Source: Negativicutes bacterium (GTDB lineage Bacteria > Bacillota > Negativicutes > UBA1444). From it: a stretch of DNA of 64,000 nt. This document shows, one piece after another, positions 9,241 through 18,160 of this stretch. The stretch's first letter is position 1, and each line of letters opens with the position of its first letter. The stretch spans positions 96,001 to 160,000 of the forward strand of contig CAXXIN010000018.1 of NCBI GenBank assembly GCA_963665275.2, given 5' to 3'. A program made the position numbers and the translations under genes. The notes beneath the pieces were generated by a model that saw only the letters and a list, made by a program, of their open reading frames with translations, did no database searches and had not been told where the DNA came from.

Positions 9241-10389
9241 TTATACCCAGTCAATTTGCACGACTTTACCGAGCGCTTCCAACTGGGTTCGCAGGCGTCC
9301 AAGCACCTGGACCTTGATATTCATGGCCGAAGGTAGCAAGGGGTTTTGATGCGCCGGATTCACTGCTCCGCCGGCCCAGATGTGAACATGATCGACATCC
9401 ATCAGCAAACGGGCGATGAGCGTAGCGCCATCTTTTCGGCTAGATCGCTTCAAGTCTGGGAGGGACCGCAATTTGTCCGCTGCGGCATTAAGAGTCAGGA
9501 CTCCTTCCGTTACCAGATCGATTCCGTCAAGAAAGGCGATAGGTGGGATGCTGGGGTCGTGATATTCCAGAGATACTTTAAGCGGTTTTCCCATGACACG
9601 ACTGACAAGGGTGGCGGTCGTGCCACCGGAGACGACTTTTTGACCGGGCGCCGCCAAGAATCGTCGGACTACATCTTCATCCTGTTCTGCCGAAGCCGGC
9701 GGTCCCATCATCAAATTAAGCCAACGCGGGCGGCGTATTTTAACAGCGACAATCGTTGTGTCATCGCCAGGCTTCCCCAGATAGTAACCTTCGCAGCAGT
9801 TAAGCAGAGAGGCGCAGATGTCTGTGGTGTCGGTTGCCTTGACAACGTCCTCCGCGAGGCGGGCGGATAGACCTTCCCAACCGAGTCCCAGCGGCAACAG
9901 TCCTCCGATTCCGGCATGAATGACTCCGTCACTGACCATGACGACCCAGTCATCTTCTTTTAGCTCAAATTGCCCGGCAAGAACGCTTTTTCCTCCCACC
10001 ATTTTGGTCTGGGCTGGAAATGGCATCACGTGCCCGGCACGCGATAGTAAGGTTCGCGGGCTGTCAAACTCTACGAGGGTTGCATTCCCGGTTTGGTCAA
10101 TTCGCAAAATCTGGAGGGTAGAATAGGCGATTTTTCGTTCCCTGCAAACTGGCAGGGTCTGGGCGATGGTTTCCACAACGTCGTCGAGACTGGCGCCTCT
10201 AGCTAACATTGACGATGCGATCTTCGTTGTCAAAGTGGCGAGAATATTGGCTTTTACTCCGCTGCCGAGCCCGTCGGAAACCACGACGATCAAGGAATCG
10301 CCGGTTCGAGTGATCTGAACATTATCGCCGCATAGTTCTTCACCATTTTTGCACATCTGTGAGACCGTTACTTCAGCATGCAATGTCAT
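9241..10389 (-). CDS. SpoIIE/PP2C-family Ser/Thr phosphatase (HfsC-like)
   Basis: CGD, SDGLGSG, SDGVIHAG, GDDTT PP2C metal-binding motifs. Confidence 0.88.
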   Translation of the reverse strand: MTLHAEVTVSQMCKNGEELCGDNVQITRTGDSLIVVVSDGLGSGVKANILATLTTKIASSMLARGASLDDVVETIAQTLPVCRERKIAYSTLQILRIDQTGNATLVEFDSPRTLLSRAGHVMPFPAQTKMVGGKSVLAGQFELKEDDWVVMVSDGVIHAGIGGLLPLGLGWEGLSARLAEDVVKATDTTDICASLLNCCEGYYLGKPGDDTTIVAVKIRRPRWLNLMMGPPASAEQDEDVVRRFLAAPGQKVVSGGTTATLVSRVMGKPLKVSLEYHDPSIPPIAFLDGIDLVTEGVLTLNAAADKLRSLPDLKRSSRKDGATLIARLLMDVDHVHIWAGGAVNPAHQNPLLPSAMNIKVQVLGRLRTQLEALGKVVQIDWV

Positions 10390-12095
10390 GAGTGAACGTC
10401 CCGTTCCTTCAAAAGTCCAACCAAGTCCAGAAGCGCCGCCTTGGTTTCACCGGTTGTTTCGCCGAGTAATCCGGCGATTTCCTGCGCTACATGCATTTGC
10501 CTGTTGATGATCTCAGCGGCCTTGTCGATGGTTTCCAGTTTGACTTTTTGCAGGTCACGATCTTTCTTTTCTCGTTCGCTGACGTCCGTTACGATCAGGA
10601 TGACCATGTTATGGTCACGGATCGGCAGAATCATTTGCTCCGTTACGAGCGATCGTTCCGGATATTCGACTCGGCGGGCCACCAATTTTTCCTGAGTTCG
10701 GACGGAGCAGAGCAAATCTGAACAATCGATGATACGGGCCAGATTCGTTCCCTTTACTAGGTCCACACTATGACCGAACATTTTTTCGGCCGCTGGATTG
10801 AATTCCTGGATGACCATGCTTTCATCCACAACAATGATGGCGTTCAGGGAGTTATCGATTACCATGTTGGAGAAAGATTCGGCCTTGGACTTCATATAAG
10901 GAATACACATATCGACTTCAGCCAGACCTTGCCAGACGGCAATGGCTTTTTCCCGGCAGGTGTTGTAGCCGCAGGCGCCACAATTTTTCTCATCGGCCTT
11001 GCTGAATTTGGCGGTTTTGGCAAGGATCTCGCGAATCTCAATTTCACTGGGTTGTTGCAATATTACAGGGGTTGCTGCGTGCTGGCGTGAAAGCCTATCG
11101 GAGGTGATCGTGAAATCAAGGCTTTCATCTACGGAATGACGGGCAAATTCAACGACCTTAGCCCGACGTACCGGGGTGCCATTTTGTCGTGGAAATCCAG
11201 GCCCGCCGATGCAACCGCCGTCGCAGGCCAAGGCTTCGATGAACCGGGGCGAAATTTCCCGTTGGCTAAGACAATCAAAGACTTCCATGCAGTTGTGGAT
11301 TCCGTGGACAGTAATGATATCGGTGTCTGTTTCATCGTGTTCTGTAAAACTCTTTAATATCCCGCCTGTGATAGGAAAGAAGCGAGAGGAACCTGGCGTA
11401 TCCAAAGAGTCGGTGTCTTCGGTCACTTCTGAGTTGAAAGCGTTTGAGTCGGTAAGCCAAGTTTGTAGATGGTCGAAGGTTAGCACCGCATCAATGGAAC
11501 CGGCAACGTCGTTGTCGCGACCTTCGGCGATTTTCGCTATACAGGGGCCGATGAAAACAACAAATACATCTTCACCTAATTTTTTCTTCAGAATACGGCC
11601 ATGGGCGATCATAGGAGAGACAACAGGAGCCAGGTTACTTGTCAGATCAGGGTAATACTTTTCAACCAGACGGGTGACTACCGGGCAGCAACAAGAAATG
11701 ACCGGTTTGTCGGTATTTTCAACCAGAGCGGCATAAACTTCTGAAACAGCGGCGGCGCCAACGGCGGTTTCTTCGACAGCGCAGGCTCCGAAGCCTTTTA
11801 ACAGAGAGCGAAGCTGACCAAGGGATAAATTCGAAAAGGCAGCTACGAAAGAAGGCGCAATGCTAAAAGCGACCCGTGTACCATTCGCGAGAGCCTGCAG
11901 GACGATCTCCAGCTGGTTTTCAACCTGTTTGGCATGTTGCGGACACTCCACCACGCATTCGCCGCATAATATACATTTATCCAGAACAACGCTCGCATGA
12001 CCGCCTTCGATACCAATCGCCTTGACCGGACACGAGCGCACACAACGATGGCAGTCTTGACAGTTGACCTTTTGTGTCGTTATTGCTTGCTTCAT
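10386..12095 (-). CDS. PAS-domain sensory [FeFe]-hydrogenase (HydS/HfsB-like, group C)
   Basis: N-terminal 2x4Fe-4S; variant H-cluster motifs SCCCP, GPCIAKIAE, EALACDGGCIGG; NCGACGYNTC FeS domain; PAS (FNPAAEKMFG); ATGA overlaps with both neighbours. Confidence 0.9.
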   Translation of the reverse strand: MKQAITTQKVNCQDCHRCVRSCPVKAIGIEGGHASVVLDKCILCGECVVECPQHAKQVENQLEIVLQALANGTRVAFSIAPSFVAAFSNLSLGQLRSLLKGFGACAVEETAVGAAAVSEVYAALVENTDKPVISCCCPVVTRLVEKYYPDLTSNLAPVVSPMIAHGRILKKKLGEDVFVVFIGPCIAKIAEGRDNDVAGSIDAVLTFDHLQTWLTDSNAFNSEVTEDTDSLDTPGSSRFFPITGGILKSFTEHDETDTDIITVHGIHNCMEVFDCLSQREISPRFIEALACDGGCIGGPGFPRQNGTPVRRAKVVEFARHSVDESLDFTITSDRLSRQHAATPVILQQPSEIEIREILAKTAKFSKADEKNCGACGYNTCREKAIAVWQGLAEVDMCIPYMKSKAESFSNMVIDNSLNAIIVVDESMVIQEFNPAAEKMFGHSVDLVKGTNLARIIDCSDLLCSVRTQEKLVARRVEYPERSLVTEQMILPIRDHNMVILIVTDVSEREKKDRDLQKVKLETIDKAAEIINRQMHVAQEIAGLLGETTGETKAALLDLVGLLKERDVHS

Positions 12096-12343
12096 GCCTT
12101 TTCCCCGTTCAACACATATTTCAGAAATATTTCATGGACCTGATCTTTTGACACATGGGTCAGAATTAGATCGTCAATTTGTACAACGACGCCTTCTGTA
12201 CAACGACCCTGGCAAAAGTTGCCGGCCATTTGAACTTTTGCTTGAACCTGGTGCCTCTCGACGAGAGCGAGAAAAGCATCCAATACTCCATTGGCGCCTT
12301 TCAGGTGGCAAGCGCTTCCGAGGCAGACTGAAACAGTGATCAT
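12092..12343 (-). CDS. Small thioredoxin-like [2Fe-2S] protein (HfsA-like)
   Basis: VCLGSACHLKG...FCQGRCTEGV. Confidence 0.85.
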   Translation of the reverse strand: MITVSVCLGSACHLKGANGVLDAFLALVERHQVQAKVQMAGNFCQGRCTEGVVVQIDDLILTHVSKDQVHEIFLKYVLNGEKA

Positions 12344-12361
12344 GTCGTTACCTCCGCAATA

Positions 12362-12379
12362 CTGTGAAAACTTTCACTA
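12362..12379. promoter_or_regulatory. Putative Rex (or Crp/Fnr-type) operator
   Basis: CTGTGAAAACTTTCACTA matches TTGTGAA-N4-TTCACAA at 12 of 14 specified positions and abuts the hfsA RBS. Confidence 0.6.
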
Positions 12380-12489
12380 TCAGATGGATTCTATTTTACT
12401 AAAGGAACAAAGTTTTCGCAACAGCCCTCTTATGCGGCAGGATTTTTCGTGACAGTATCAAATATATATACAAGTTAATCTGCAAAACA

Positions 12490-14583
12490 ATGTTCGATTT
12501 TTTCAATGGAGGTACCTATTTCTTGCCATATTTTTTGTGTTTTGTAATCCTCACACCGAATCTGATGTCGTTGGTTTTCTTATTGAATAAAAACAGTTTG
12601 CTTCATCGGGCCGCCGCTTTTTTTATGTCTGTTGTATTGTTATCGTGTACCGGCTGGGCAATCCGGCAGGGAACAGGTGTATACCTGCCGGCTGGTTTGC
12701 TGGCTGTGGTTTTCGACAAGTTTTTTGTCGTTGGCATTGCGGGGATGGTTCTTGGGACGGCTTATTGGAGCTGGCGCAGTCAAGATCGACTGCTTGGCAG
12801 TCTGACACTGGCGCAGGGAATTCTGCTCGGCGGGGTTCTTTGGAAGTCCAGTGCCCTCGACGGCCACGGTTCCTTTGCGCTTGATCATCTGTCAGGCCTC
12901 ATGCTGTTACTGATAGACGGGGTTGGATTGATGGTGCTTCTGTTTGTCATGCGATACATGGAAACGCATGGGCGACGTCGATCCCTGAAACATTCACGAC
13001 AACCTCATTTTTTTGCTGTGTTTTCGATCTTGCTCGCAGCAATGAACGGGTTCGTTTTGGCGAACCACTTACTCTGGACGCTGTTTTTTGCCCAAGTGGT
13101 CGTGGTATGTTCGGTGTTGTTGATTGCGCACGATAGAACTCAGCTTGCGTATAAGAATGCCAGACAGTTTGCCCGGATGCTCTCGGTCGGCGCGCTCGCC
13201 TTTTTGTGCGGTATTTATTTGATTTTATCAGCGGCGGGAACTTTGTTGATTTCGGACTTGCTGTTGTTCAAGGATGCGAATTTGCTGTTGCCGTCGTTTT
13301 CCTGCATCGTGGTGGCGGGTCTGGTATTTGCAGGTCAATTCCCTTTTCAGAGCGCGTTGATTCGGGCCACGACGGCTTCGGCGCCTGTATCGGCAATGCT
13401 GCAGTCGTCCGCAATTGTGACTGCCGGGGTTTATCTCATCCTGCGGTTATCTCCAGTGCTGATGAACACCTTTGCGGCAAAAATGCTGGCAGTGATCGGC
13501 GCCTTTACCTTTGCGGCGGCTGCGCTACTAGCAGCGATTCAGCATGATACCAAGCGCGTGCTGACACTGACGACCATCTCCAACGGCGGATTGGTGATTG
13601 TCCTGGCGAGCTTTCCCGAACTACAGGCAATTTACGCAGCGCCGCTGCTTCTTGTTCTTCATGGAATATTCAAAGCGATGCTATTTCTTTGTATAGGAAG
13701 TCGTTCGCCTTCGTCGATTCCCGGACTTCTGGTGGTGCTCGGCGGGGTTTCTATGTTTATGCCACCTTTTGCCGTACCGCTGGCGCAATGGACGGCGCTG
13801 GAATCCTCGGTTCGTAATCCTGTCGTTTTGGGGCTGATTATTGCAGGGAGCGTTTTTTCCATGATTGTATGGTGTCGCTTTATCGGTAAACGTCTGCCTG
13901 CCAGTTTTTCCCGTGATGTTGGGGCAAAGTGGAACCCTATTGCCTATTGGCCGCAACTGGCATTGGCTTTATTTGCGACCGCTCTGTCTGTATTTATCGT
14001 TCCTTTTGCCAATTCATGCGTGACACCGATTCTTAAGGAAAATTATGGGCGGTTTGGCGATATCTCGCAAGGAGCTGCATCTGCTTTTCAAGTTCGTGAT
14101 TTTTCCGGCGTGAATCCGTCTTTGCTTTTTGGGGCAATTTTGGCGCTTGCTTCTTTGGGGTGGGGCGTGAAGCGGTTGTTGATGTGTGCAGTTGTCGATG
14201 AACCCACTGCATCCAAAGTTCTAGAAATTCAAGAAAGCGTGAGCAATGAGGTTGGTGAGGTTCAGGAAAAAGCAGAGGATGCTGGGGCGCAAGAAGATGT
14301 TAAGGCGCAAGAAGAGGCTGAGATGCAGGAGGAGCAAGAAAATAAAAATATGCCGGAGTTACTCGCAGCACCTTCGGAGCTTAGCGAAGAGGAGACGGAA
14401 GCGCTCGAAATCCAAAGGTTGCTTGAAATGAGCTCCGGAGATGAAGACATAACAAACCGACATACAACCGCACCGAGGTGTTCGGTTTTTGCCGTATTTC
14501 CGGATGAAAAGAAAACTTATTTCTATGCAACCACAGTTGCGGGAGCCCTTATAATCCTAATGTTGGAGGTGGTGTTCCGTTGA
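12490..14583 (+). CDS. EchA/NuoL-like antiporter-family membrane subunit, divergent (likely start TTG 12523)
   Basis: Many TM segments; AGQFPF, PVSAML, AGVYLILR, HGIFKAMLFL resemble NuoL/EchA motifs; acidic insert near C-terminus. Confidence 0.75.
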   Translation: MFDFFNGGTYFLPYFLCFVILTPNLMSLVFLLNKNSLLHRAAAFFMSVVLLSCTGWAIRQGTGVYLPAGLLAVVFDKFFVVGIAGMVLGTAYWSWRSQDRLLGSLTLAQGILLGGVLWKSSALDGHGSFALDHLSGLMLLLIDGVGLMVLLFVMRYMETHGRRRSLKHSRQPHFFAVFSILLAAMNGFVLANHLLWTLFFAQVVVVCSVLLIAHDRTQLAYKNARQFARMLSVGALAFLCGIYLILSAAGTLLISDLLLFKDANLLLPSFSCIVVAGLVFAGQFPFQSALIRATTASAPVSAMLQSSAIVTAGVYLILRLSPVLMNTFAAKMLAVIGAFTFAAAALLAAIQHDTKRVLTLTTISNGGLVIVLASFPELQAIYAAPLLLVLHGIFKAMLFLCIGSRSPSSIPGLLVVLGGVSMFMPPFAVPLAQWTALESSVRNPVVLGLIIAGSVFSMIVWCRFIGKRLPASFSRDVGAKWNPIAYWPQLALALFATALSVFIVPFANSCVTPILKENYGRFGDISQGAASAFQVRDFSGVNPSLLFGAILALASLGWGVKRLLMCAVVDEPTASKVLEIQESVSNEVGEVQEKAEDAGAQEDVKAQEEAEMQEEQENKNMPELLAAPSELSEEETEALEIQRLLEMSSGDEDITNRHTTAPRCSVFAVFPDEKKTYFYATTVAGALIILMLEVVFR
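14275..14328 (+). repeat. Three imperfect 18-nt tandem units in the acidic insert
   Basis: gaggatgctggggcgcaa / gaagatgttaaggcgcaa / gaagaggctgagatgcag encode EDAGAQ EDVKAQ EEAEMQ. Confidence 0.55.
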
Positions 14584-15410
14584 ATGCGACGTTGCTCGAA
14601 CTTCTTCCGTCAATCGGAATATTCGCCGCTTGCCTGCTGTTGCCGCCGCTGATTGGCGGATTGACTGAAGGCGTTCTCTATCGTTTTCACGCAAAAGGAG
14701 CGGGGAGAACCGTTCCGTCTCTCCTCGCTCCTTTTCAGGAGGTTGCTGTAAATTTGCGACTGCCCCTGACAGCGGTTCCTAATGAACAAATCCTCTGTAT
14801 CCTGATGGCAATGGTGTTTCACTTATTGGCGATAGTAATGATGGGGTTGCAGCGAGAGTTGCCCTCGATCCTTTTATTGCAGGCTTTTGGAGTGTTAGCA
14901 CTAATCATGGCAGGAATGTCCCGGACTGTGCCGTATTCTCACTTGACTATCAATCACGCGTTGAGGGCGTTTTTAACTGCTCAGCCGCTTTTGATGCTGG
15001 TTGCCGCTGGGATTTACTTTGCCACAGGCAACTTTAACCTTGGTGGCGTCAAGGATTATCCGCGACTGTTGGTCGTCGATCTCCCTTTTTTGTTTATGGT
15101 ACTGATTCTTGTTGAACTGGCGGCCCCCAGCGCTGTGAACGAGGTCTCTGCGAGTGATCCGATGCTGGCGTTCGTGAAACTGGCGAATTGCTATCGTAGT
15201 GGGACCATGTTACTGTTGGCCGGCTGCTTTTTTGCCCATAGTCTCTTAATGGCTGCCTTGGCAGCGATTATATTGCATGCCCTTCTGCGAGTTACTCCGC
15301 ATGCCTTGCCGCGCGCAGCAGGATGGGTGAAGGCCGAGTGGAGCTGGGGTTTCCTTTACTTTGCCTGTGGAGTGAACTTGCTGTGGATTTATATTAAATA
15401 TTGGATGTGA
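14580..15410 (+). CDS. EchB/NuoH-like membrane subunit, divergent
   Basis: PLIGGLTEG...GRTVPSLLAPF resembles the EchB/NuoH N-terminus; hydrophobic throughout; TTGA overlap with echA-like stop. Confidence 0.65.
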   Translation: MNATLLELLPSIGIFAACLLLPPLIGGLTEGVLYRFHAKGAGRTVPSLLAPFQEVAVNLRLPLTAVPNEQILCILMAMVFHLLAIVMMGLQRELPSILLLQAFGVLALIMAGMSRTVPYSHLTINHALRAFLTAQPLLMLVAAGIYFATGNFNLGGVKDYPRLLVVDLPFLFMVLILVELAAPSAVNEVSASDPMLAFVKLANCYRSGTMLLLAGCFFAHSLLMAALAAIILHALLRVTPHALPRAAGWVKAEWSWGFLYFACGVNLLWIYIKYWM

Positions 15411-15421
15411 AACGACCGCGA

Positions 15422-15982
15422 TTAGTAGCGGGGACCGGGAAACTGGCGCGGGAAGATTTTGTCCAGACGGTTCAGCATTTCTTCCAGAGCATCCAGCGCC
15501 AAGGGCAGGGGACCGCTGAAGACACCCACAATTTCCGTGGCAGAGCGAGCTGCCTTGAATTGGCCGTATTGAGAGGTCTTTTTGTCGAAATAAGTGAGAG
15601 AAAGGTTGAGATCGGTTACCTCAACCATTTCATCCCCCAGGAGACTCTGTTGCAAGAAGTTCCGCAGGAAATTGATTTCCACGATGACCGTGCCCTCTGC
15701 CCCCGCATCGTTGGTGATTTTCTCCAGTGTCAGACGATCTGGCGCTACAGCTTTAGAGTCGGTCAAGATAATTTCATACTTCGGGAACCGGAACTGACTG
15801 CGTAACTTGCCGAGCAAGGCGGAATTCAGCTCGGGGCTGTTATACCCGGATTTGTCGCTGATCGCAGGCAGAAGGATCTTCGTTGAGTCGAACGCATAGG
15901 CGGACGGTAGGTTTGCAAAGATCATTATTAGTGTGACCATCACCAGAAACAGGGAATTCAGACGATGTGGCGCATATTTCAT
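15422..15982 (-). CDS. Secreted hypothetical protein
   Basis: Signal peptide ending AYA; AGGAG RBS. Confidence 0.7.
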   Translation of the reverse strand: MKYAPHRLNSLFLVMVTLIMIFANLPSAYAFDSTKILLPAISDKSGYNSPELNSALLGKLRSQFRFPKYEIILTDSKAVAPDRLTLEKITNDAGAEGTVIVEINFLRNFLQQSLLGDEMVEVTDLNLSLTYFDKKTSQYGQFKAARSATEIVGVFSGPLPLALDALEEMLNRLDKIFPRQFPGPRY

Positions 15983-16065
15983 TGCAGCTCACTCCTTCGA
16001 TTCAAGATTGTTAATATAATTATAGTTTTTTTTCGGCAGAAGCGTGATTCACACCTGCAGAAAAA

Positions 16066-16094
16066 TTGACACATAATTGTCCGTCTGCTAGGAT
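16066..16094 (+). promoter_or_regulatory. SigA-type promoter of symporter-hutP operon
   Basis: TTGACA (16066) - 17 bp - TAGGAT (16089) with TGn extension. Confidence 0.65.
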
Positions 16095-16162
16095 GGAAAA
16101 TGTAGAATGGTAGGTTTCCCGGTTAAACCTTGGGTCGAGCATGGCAGGATGGTGAAGAAACA

Positions 16163-16192
16163 AAACACTCCCTGGCCGGAGTGTTTCTTTTT
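16163..16192 (+). terminator. Leader (attenuator) terminator upstream of symporter
   Basis: AAACACTCC-ctggcc-GGAGTGTTT followed by CTTTTT, between promoter and start codon. Confidence 0.65.
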
Positions 16193-16254
16193 GCCTGAAT
16201 GTATATCCAAGATGGCCGATAAAGGATATATACTAACGGTGTAGAAAGGTAGGA

Positions 16255-17670
16255 ATGGTAAAAATGTCACTTCAACTTGGTATTATTTTACTGTACATCG
16301 CGTTATTGTTCGGAATTAGTTTGTATGCCAAGCGTTTGGCTGCCAACGGTAGCACCAATTTTTTGTTTGCCGGGCGCAAAATGGGCACGGGGCTCGTGGC
16401 GGTGAATGTTGCAGGGCTCGCTATCGGAGCAGCCTCAACGATCGGTGTTGCTGAACACGCTTTTACAGCGGGAATCGCTGCCGGGTGGTACAATGCCGCT
16501 TGGTCGGCGGGCGCGTTGGTCATGGGAGTCTTCGCGGCGGCGAAATACCGTGACATGGATTGCACGACTGTGCCGGAACTTTTTGAACGGTATTATGACA
16601 AAAATAGCCGCGTCATAGCTGTAGTCGGGCTGGTCATCATCCAGATGGTCATTACTGCCCTGCAATATTTGGCCGGCGGAGCGATTCTATCGTCATTGCT
16701 GCCTGAATATTTCACGTTTCAGCTGGGCATGATCGTCAGCGCGGCTGTCTTTATCGGCATTACGCTAATCGGCGGACTCTGGTCTTCCGGACTTTCGAAT
16801 ATCGTCAGCATGATTTTAATCTACATTGGTGTCCTGGCTGGTACTTACATGACGGTTTCCAACCAGGGCGGCATCGGCGCCATCGCGGCAAAACTGCCTG
16901 CGGGGACTGACTGGTTCGGTCCGATTGGAGGGCTGGGGCTCGCCACGATCATTGGCTGGTTCGCGGTTATGATGACGCAGTCGATTACCGCACAGGGACC
17001 CGTGCAGATTGCCTGCGGCGCCCGCGACGGCAAGGCGGCGAGAAATGGATATCTATTGGGTGCGCTTATCATTTTTCCCATCGGCTTTTTATGTGCGTTG
17101 ATGGGGCTGGCGGCTAAAGTAGCTTATCCCAATATTAAGGCGACCATGGCTCTGCCACAGATCATTATGAGTCTCGATCCACTTCTTTCAGGGATGACTC
17201 TGGCAGCCCTCTGGGCGGCGGATGTTTCCACGGCCTGCACTTTGTTGCTGGGGGCGGGAACACTGTTTTCCCAGGATATTTTCAAGCGCTTTATCGCTCC
17301 GGGAATTACCGATAAAAAATATGTGATTGTGAATCGGATTGCGATTTTGGCCATCGGACTTGTTACTTTGTGGTTTGCTTTTAACGCAGTGGGGATTTTG
17401 CGGACGCTGTTGATCGGCCTCAGTTTGACCACTGCATTTACGGTGGTGTTTTTGTTTACTATTTTTACTCCCGGGCTTTGCCGAAAAAGTTCCGCCTTTT
17501 ATACCACACTGGTGGGGATGCTTGGCTTGGCTGCTTGGCAGGTGTTCCCGGCTGTCCGGGTATTTGCGCATCCCATCTATATGGAGTGGACAGTTTGTCT
17601 GGTGACTTTTTTTCTGGTATCTGTAATCGACAAACGAAAAATATCCAAAACACCCAGTTTTTCAAAGTAA
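16255..17670 (+). CDS. Sodium:solute symporter (SSS) family transporter
   Basis: FLFAGRK, TVPELFERYY, TLIGGLWS; about 13 TM segments. Confidence 0.9.
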   Translation: MVKMSLQLGIILLYIALLFGISLYAKRLAANGSTNFLFAGRKMGTGLVAVNVAGLAIGAASTIGVAEHAFTAGIAAGWYNAAWSAGALVMGVFAAAKYRDMDCTTVPELFERYYDKNSRVIAVVGLVIIQMVITALQYLAGGAILSSLLPEYFTFQLGMIVSAAVFIGITLIGGLWSSGLSNIVSMILIYIGVLAGTYMTVSNQGGIGAIAAKLPAGTDWFGPIGGLGLATIIGWFAVMMTQSITAQGPVQIACGARDGKAARNGYLLGALIIFPIGFLCALMGLAAKVAYPNIKATMALPQIIMSLDPLLSGMTLAALWAADVSTACTLLLGAGTLFSQDIFKRFIAPGITDKKYVIVNRIAILAIGLVTLWFAFNAVGILRTLLIGLSLTTAFTVVFLFTIFTPGLCRKSSAFYTTLVGMLGLAAWQVFPAVRVFAHPIYMEWTVCLVTFFLVSVIDKRKISKTPSFSK

Positions 17671-17706
17671 GCAAGCAAATATTGCAGGGGTAGAGGAGGG
17701 GATGAA

Positions 17707-18156
17707 ATGGTTCCCACGACATTGACCAGTTTGGATATCGGCCGAGCAGCCCTTAAAATGGCTGTGACTGAAAACCGTGAGGAAGAGCAGAGTTTGCGCC
17801 AGGCTTTGTTGGAAAAACAGGGAATACACTCGTTGGCCATTGATTTTGGCGGCGATTTTGTGCCATCCGTTAAAAAGATCATCGAACGGGCGGTTGTGGC
17901 AGCTCAGCGTCAGGGTCTGGTGCCTTCCAATCATGTCGGGGAGGGGGCGGTTGCCGGGGCGGTGCGCGCCGCGCTGGGACAGATATCTTCACAGGCTGTG
18001 GGCTTGTCTGTCGGTGGGAAAATCGGTGTTGCGCGTTACGGAGAACACCTTTGCGTCGCAATATACCTGGGAATAGGAGTACTGAACCTTAATGAAGTAG
18101 CGGTGGGCTTGGCCCACCGCTCACTTCCCGAACAATACAATTCGACTAATTCATGA
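17707..18156 (+). CDS. HutP-family RNA-binding antiterminator-like protein
   Basis: IGRAALKM, KIIERAVVAAQRQGLV, GGKIGVAR, AVGLAHR; 149 aa. Confidence 0.8.
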   Translation: MVPTTLTSLDIGRAALKMAVTENREEEQSLRQALLEKQGIHSLAIDFGGDFVPSVKKIIERAVVAAQRQGLVPSNHVGEGAVAGAVRAALGQISSQAVGLSVGGKIGVARYGEHLCVAIYLGIGVLNLNEVAVGLAHRSLPEQYNSTNS

Positions 18157-18160
18157 AACG

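Noticed and set aside
12490-15410. Calling these genes a functional Ech hydrogenase or complex I
   Set aside because: No echC-F, NiFe large subunit or nuo genes are adjacent, and key charged residues appear to be missing
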